A DNA stretch of 32,000 nucleotides. Source: Haloquadratum walsbyi C23. GTDB taxonomy: Archaea; Halobacteriota; Halobacteria; Halobacteriales; Haloferacaceae. The notes under the pieces were generated by a model. That model made no database searches, was not told where the DNA came from, and was given only the letters and a program-made list of their open reading frames with translations. Made by a program: the position numbers and the translations under genes. Shown piece by piece: positions 27,457 through 32,000 of this stretch (position 1 is its first letter; each line of letters starts with the position of its first letter). The stretch lies in the NCBI RefSeq assembly GCF_000237865.1, contig NC_017459.1, positions 1,140,001 through 1,172,000 on the forward strand, in the 5' to 3' direction.

Positions 27457-27507
27457 ACCCGGGGTCACATCCACATCACCATCACCATCATCATCAAAGC
27501 CCCGGGG
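27457..27507. repeat. (CAY)n simple tract bracketed by CCCGGGG palindromes between convergent genes
   Basis: ACCCGGGG (27457-27464) can pair with CCCCGGGG (27500-27507) around CATCCACATCACCATCACCATCATCATCAA. It lies in the 98-nt gap between the large-subunit stop and the MocA-like stop. Confidence 0.4.
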
Positions 27508-27550
27508 CAGTCGCCTCGACCGACCGTACATCCGCAGACACAATAAGGGA

Positions 27551-28177
27551 TTATCCAGTTATATCAGATGGAGTATTGATGTCGTACACCACGCCTGGAT
27601 CATCAGTTTCAACGAGTGCTGTATCCCCTGTTTCAAATAGTATCGATCGTCCTCCGGTGTCTCCCTGTTGCTCAGTCAGCGAATCGAAGTGTTTTCGATC
27701 GAATAACACTGGATTCCCTCGTTGTCCCATGTATGCAGACGCCAGTGCTGATCGTGAGTGACACTCGTATGTTGCGATTAATGCCTGGACGCTTGATACT
27801 GAGACGTTTGGCATATCCCCAAGTGCAATAATCACAGCATCAGCTTCGCTTTGAACTGCTGTCTGAGTCCCTATCTTAACTGACGTGCCCTGCCCAGTCT
27901 CATATTCATTATTCACTCGAAACGAAACGGATAGATCCGATAGCACTTCTCGGATCCGGTCAGCATCATGTCCGAGGACGACGGTTGTGCATAAATCAGC
28001 CGCAAGCAGTGTCTTTGCGGCTTGTCGGATAACCAAGCCCCCGTTTATTGACTGAACGAGTTTGTTCTTCTCACCGAAACGTGAACTCATGCCAGCAGCA
28101 AGTAACACTGCCTGCACGTCTGAGTTCTGCTCCGATTCATTCGGTGGCGAAATGACCGGGAATGGATCATTATTCAT
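27551..28177 (-). CDS. MobA/MocA-like molybdenum cofactor nucleotidyltransferase (NTP_transf_3)
   Basis: VLLAAGMSSRFGEKNKL is the AGxSxRxG nucleotide-binding motif, and LGDMP is present. I chose the start at ATG 28177 (MNNDPFPV). The 36-codon extension to 28285 runs into AT-rich spacer and looks spurious. Confidence 0.8.
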   Translation of the reverse strand: MNNDPFPVISPPNESEQNSDVQAVLLAAGMSSRFGEKNKLVQSINGGLVIRQAAKTLLAADLCTTVVLGHDADRIREVLSDLSVSFRVNNEYETGQGTSVKIGTQTAVQSEADAVIIALGDMPNVSVSSVQALIATYECHSRSALASAYMGQRGNPVLFDRKHFDSLTEQQGDTGGRSILFETGDTALVETDDPGVVYDINTPSDITG

Positions 28178-29137
28178 ATTGTTTCTTGATAAATACTGAT
28201 GTGACTTGAATAAACAGAAATATCGAGTGAGTGTTAATAACCCTATCGACGAAAATAATACCTTGATCTGAATGGAACAGTCCAACCGATACGATTTCTA
28301 CAGACGCTAAGCGAAAAGCCGTGTCGGCGACTAATTCTCATGAAATATGAGTTTGTACGAGTCATCGAGAAATCATTGATATGCTATCTGTATCATCTCT
28401 CTTGATGCAAGCTTATAAACAATACCTGGAGACAACATGGTCAAATATATGACTACACACGCTGTGTTACTCTCTCGATATATCTACCCACAATATTCAT
28501 TTTTTGCAGGTTGCCAATCAAATCAAGCTATTTGAGTTTGATAGGTGTGGATACAAACATCTATATTTATATAATCGATATCTTATATTTTAGAATGCCT
28601 GATAATAACGCTCTCTAGGCTGAGATATAGTTTATAGACTATCTTCGATCCTAGTAATGATAGTATTCAATATGCATAAAGACAGATAAATAGCCGAAAT
28701 ACGCATTTATTTTCACTCTTTGTTTACTCGATTAATGATAAATACATGATTTATAATTCAAAAGTGATTATTTTAATATAGAGCATATATTTCGGTTAAC
28801 ATCCAATCGATTTTGTATATAAATTTGTGTTCAGTTAACCACGTATCAACTCTTGATAGATAAATGATCGGTACTGACAGGATTTAGCAATCATCCTAGA
28901 ACATGTAATGCCGACTGGATGTGATTAAACCTAGTGAGTTTATAATATATTTGCGATAATAAAGAATTTTGACTATATTTTCGTTTAGCTCAAAGGACAA
29001 TATATCTCGCCGGTGGGTAAATAAAGTGGAATAAATCACTCAAACTACACATTCAATACATTCGAGATAGTATTATCTAACGGGTACATGTACTGGTATG
29101 AATTTGATGTCTCGATGAAAACATTCTGATCAATTCA

Positions 29138-29971
29138 ATGGCTGATAGGAATATGACAGAAGTGATCAATGATCTGAGATTGGCGATAGATGTGTTTTCA
29201 AGAAAATGGAACGCTCCGGTATTGTATGCAATCAATATCCATTCTGAGGCATCTTACACCGACATTAGCTCTACAGTTTCAGAAGTCACTGCCAAGATGC
29301 TTTCAACGAGCCTTACAGATCTTCGGGAACGCAATCTTGTTAAATACGATGAGCAGAGACAAGGAGGCGTATATAAACTCACCACTAAGGGTAAAAAATT
29401 CGCTCAGATTCTTGAGTCACTAATTGAATGGAAAACACAACATGATACTGAGCAGAACGTAGTAATAATTGAAGATGAATCGATGGTCGCAGAATTATAT
29501 ATGAATTATCTTTCAGAGGATTATGATGCACGTTATTATACCTCTGCTGAGGAAGCACTTTCATCGATAACAAATGAAGAAACGATTAGCATCCTTGATC
29601 GAAGACTTCCGAGCATTTCCGGTGATGAAGTTGCAGAGACACTGAAAAGAAAGATCGATACCTGTCTCATTTTAGTCGTCAGCGGCGTTGAGCCGAGTGA
29701 AAGTATTGTTGGACTACCAATTGATGATTACTTACAGAAGCCGGTTCAGCGCGATGACATACGAATGCGTCTCAATAATCTTGAATTTCGATTAGGATTA
29801 CCGCCAGAAGAGCGACACTACCTCGCAGTCCAATCAAAACAGCGGGCACTTCGAGATGCATATGGTCAAAAGGCATATTCAATGTCTGTATACACAGCGT
29901 TATCAGAAGAGATGGACGATGTGGAAATTAGTAACAAACGAAAAGATTCGCTTATGCAATCCTTCGAGTAG
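29138..29971 (+). CDS. Fusion regulator: HxlR-type winged helix + response-regulator receiver + HalX domain
   Basis: HxlR pattern: VFSRKWNAPVLYAI...YTDISSTVSEVTAKMLSTSLTDLRERNLV...YKLTTKGKKFAQILESLIEW. Receiver: VVIIEDES...ILDRRLPSISGDEV...VVSGV...YLQKPV. HalX-like helical tail: ERHYLAVQSKQRALRDAYG...YTALSEEM. Confidence 0.8.
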   Translation: MADRNMTEVINDLRLAIDVFSRKWNAPVLYAINIHSEASYTDISSTVSEVTAKMLSTSLTDLRERNLVKYDEQRQGGVYKLTTKGKKFAQILESLIEWKTQHDTEQNVVIIEDESMVAELYMNYLSEDYDARYYTSAEEALSSITNEETISILDRRLPSISGDEVAETLKRKIDTCLILVVSGVEPSESIVGLPIDDYLQKPVQRDDIRMRLNNLEFRLGLPPEERHYLAVQSKQRALRDAYGQKAYSMSVYTALSEEMDDVEISNKRKDSLMQSFE

Positions 29972-30520
29972 TAGGTATTAATCCAGACGTCGAATCTCAG
30001 ATCTTTAATCGAAATGAGTAGCATGTTATCCCTGAATACAGTCATAAGACGACGTCGATTGTCAAGAAATACCGATTCATGCAACTCATCAGAGGGTCAA
30101 AATCAAAGTCGATCGGGATAGTACAAACGTCACAATAAAGAGGCGATAGGCGATCCCCGCTGGGTAGAGGGGAATATACTTATTCCGATTAATTTTTGAA
30201 CAGCTACTGATGATCGAAATCGCACTTTTTGATGACGAAACTGCGACGCAGTCTCAGGTCATTATGGAACCAATGTATCATGAATACTGACTCCTCATAC
30301 CAGCACTCCAGAGAAAACACTGATAATTTCAGATTTCTCCGTATCCCCACTGAGGTCAGGTGACGATTCAGCTGAAATATTTGAATCATTTCTGCGATTA
30401 TCATTGCTCAATTTGGTTCTATTCAGCTATACCCGTCATCAGACGAACATGGGTATTCAACAGAAGCATCCCAGTACATACTTCGTGCGGTTTTAGTGAC
30501 TGGTGAGTGTAAATTAGATT

Positions 30521-31234
30521 ATGTCACACCGAGTCCTTGTTCCGCTTGAACTACCAGATGCCGACTCGGTTCCAGCGGCGTTAGCGAAAACGATCACATC
30601 GATGGAAGTAGTTCTACTCGGTCACTATGGATTGCCAGACCAAACGCCACCTTCAGCAGCCCGTGATCAGTTCGGGGATGAAGCTCGAGAAGAACTTGCC
30701 GAGCTCGCGCAATCGCTTGAGGATGTAGAAGCATCTGTAACTACTCGGGTCGTGTTCGGGAAGGCTCGTGATAAGACGATTGACCGTGTCGCTGTTGAAG
30801 AAGAATGTGATGTGATTTTGACCTCAGGCGACGCAGATGAGATTACACAGGTTCTTGTGCCCCTTCGTGGTAAGAAGAACTTTGATCGAATCCTTTCATT
30901 TACCGAGGAGTTATTGACGGCAACGGGAGCAGCCGTCACGCTATTTCACAGAGGTGAGGAATCAGACCGGATACCAGGTGAAGAAATTCTTTCAGATGCG
31001 ACAGACCGCTTAATTCAGGCAGGTGTTGATGCTGATCGAATTAGCCAGCGACTGTCAGAAGATGATGATACAACTCAAAGTATCGTTGATCTTGGTGAAG
31101 AGTTTGATGTCCTGGTATTAGGTGAAACTGAACCCTCACTGCGCGACCAAATCTTTGGCAATGTTCCTGCACAGGTGACTGCTGACACAGAGGACCCTGC
31201 TTTTGTCGTCCGAAACGCCGAAGAAGTATCATAA
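30521..31234 (+). CDS. Tandem universal stress protein (Usp)-like protein
   Basis: There are two Usp-like halves, starting HRVLVPLE... and QVLVPLRG.... The second ends in DVLVLGETEPSLRDQIFGNVPAQV...PAFVV, resembling the Usp G-x2-G-x9-G(S/T) region. The protein is very acidic. Confidence 0.6.
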   Translation: MSHRVLVPLELPDADSVPAALAKTITSMEVVLLGHYGLPDQTPPSAARDQFGDEAREELAELAQSLEDVEASVTTRVVFGKARDKTIDRVAVEEECDVILTSGDADEITQVLVPLRGKKNFDRILSFTEELLTATGAAVTLFHRGEESDRIPGEEILSDATDRLIQAGVDADRISQRLSEDDDTTQSIVDLGEEFDVLVLGETEPSLRDQIFGNVPAQVTADTEDPAFVVRNAEEVS

Positions 31235-31487
31235 ATAACTTTGTATATCACTTGTCTATCATAGTATTGACATCCTCTCGCGCCTGAAGACGCGGGCACT
31301 CTCCTTTCTATTTATAGTTGGGACATCTGAATCTTCAGGAGAAACCAGATTGAGTCCATGTATCCCATAGATTATCTGACTATCAACAATCTGGGTATTT
31401 TCCGTCCGTCTCTAACCCAGATGAATAATACAGTGGATATGAGTTACCGTAGTATTATTTCACTCGAAGACGTTATAATCACAGAGA

Positions 31488-31790
31488 CTACGAGCCACGA
31501 ACAGAATAATAAATGCTTGCTAATCCAAGTCCAATCAGAAGCGACTCAATTGTGTAGAGAATTAACAGCGAGGATCCGGATATGTCGTACACACCGATGA
31601 CAGCAGGTGAATAAATAACCTCAGCAATGGTGCTGAGTGTAACAAGCCCAAAGCCGAGTGTTGCGTACTTTAAATTCGGCTTGCCAACGCGACGTTGGGC
31701 TCGAAACCCATAATAAGTGAGACTCCCCCCGATAACAAAGACGAAGATATTACTAAACAGTAACATCCAGAGGGTTGGGTCGCTACTCAT
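31488..31790 (-). CDS. Hypothetical small membrane protein (3 predicted TM)
   Basis: 100-aa ORF with three hydrophobic spans. Its ATG overlaps the stop of the upstream ORF in an ATGA arrangement (31787-31790). Confidence 0.55.
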   Translation of the reverse strand: MSSDPTLWMLLFSNIFVFVIGGSLTYYGFRAQRRVGKPNLKYATLGFGLVTLSTIAEVIYSPAVIGVYDISGSSLLILYTIESLLIGLGLASIYYSVRGS

Positions 31791-32000
31791 GAGTCTGTAT
31801 CCGACTGATCATCCTGCTTTTGTGATTGTTCAAGATCCTCAATAAGTTCAGCGAACTGATCTACCGTATCTTTCTCAATATTGATGTTGATATCAAGCTG
31901 TCCCTCTTCGACGCTTATCGTAATTTCATTTAATTCGCTTTTGTATTCACTGTACTGGGTTCCATCAGCATCCCGTGTGATTTCCTCCGAGACAAGATTG
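31787..32000 (-). CDS. Hypothetical acidic protein, 3' end only (gene starts beyond the window end)
   Basis: It is not in the ORF track because it has no start in the window. The minus-strand frame is open from 32000 to TGA 31787-31789 and reads ...EITRDADGTQYSEYKSELNEITISVEEGQLDININIEKDTVDQFAELIEDLEQSQKQDDQSDTDS*. The 4-nt overlap with the next gene suggests an operon. Confidence 0.4.
   Translation of the reverse strand, partial: NLVSEEITRDADGTQYSEYKSELNEITISVEEGQLDININIEKDTVDQFAELIEDLEQSQKQDDQSDTDS

Noticed and set aside
27453-27761. The frame stays open for 103 codons after the large-subunit TGA. A read-through product would begin THPGSHPHHHHHHQ, resembling a natural His tag.
   Set aside because: There is no recoding signal. 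The open frame is mostly antisense to the MocA-like gene, which explains the absence of stops. The His codons are a simple CAY repeat. I treat this as coincidence.
28178-28285. Longer N-terminal extensions offered by the ORF track (27551..28285, 11326..13314, 22119..23348, 19686..20744)
   Set aside because: The extensions are hydrophobic or low-complexity, run into AT-rich spacer and precede an in-frame ATG that starts the conserved domain. I chose shorter starts, but these remain unverified.
28178-29137. The AT-rich spacer as a replication origin
   Set aside because: There is no adjacent orc1/cdc6 gene. I could not find repeated ORB-like inverted elements flanking an unwinding region.
30204-30404. 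66-aa ORF in the spacer upstream of the Usp-like gene, and other 60-80-aa spacer ORFs (29866..30084, 31358..31600, 4266..4463, 13644..13865)
   Set aside because: They show no motifs and atypical non-acidic composition for this proteome. They overlap better-supported genes or IS-end remnants.
1-32000. Search for CRISPR arrays, tRNA and rRNA genes
   Set aside because: I saw no regularly spaced direct repeats of 25-40 nt, no cloverleaf-compatible GC-rich 70-90-nt segments in the spacers and no rRNA-like conserved stretches. A by-eye scan could miss a divergent tRNA.

Overview
This 32-kb chromosomal window looks haloarchaeal with unusually low GC. The proteins are very acidic, HalX/REC and HxlR regulators are present, spacers are long and AT-rich, and the IS islands are GC-rich. 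It resembles Haloquadratum, but that is inference only. (i) 1-8.8 kb is an accessory region. It holds the tail of a K+ channel-like gene, four orphan genes and a dense graveyard of IS200/IS605-family, IS1341-type (tnpB-only) elements. Two related, inverted, inactivated tnpB copies lie at 2483..3160 (minus) and 7053..8703 (plus). At least two further TnpB 3' remnants are present. A ~380-bp hairpin-ended MITE is nested inside the second tnpB. The conserved right-end structures look like omega-RNA scaffolds. (ii) 8.8-13.3 kb carries cutA-msrB-msrA, a stand-alone PAS protein and a CocE/NonD hydrolase. (iii) 13.7-28.2 kb is a 12-gene cluster: NCS2 nucleobase permease, hydantoinase-type cyclic amidohydrolase, IclR regulator, cyclase-family hydrolase, Zn-ADH, family III CoA-transferase, XdhC, a three-subunit molybdenum hydroxylase and a MocA-like nucleotidyltransferase. 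I read it as a candidate uncharacterised nucleobase/N-heterocycle catabolic pathway, and it is the most interesting system in the window. (iv) 28.2-32 kb has a 960-bp ORF-free AT-rich spacer, an HxlR-REC-HalX fusion regulator, a tandem Usp-like protein and a small overlapping gene pair. Short (~48 nt) hairpin repeats related to the IS ends are scattered through intergenic spacers. I recognised no rRNA, tRNA or CRISPR array. All family calls rest on motifs read by eye, and no searches were run.
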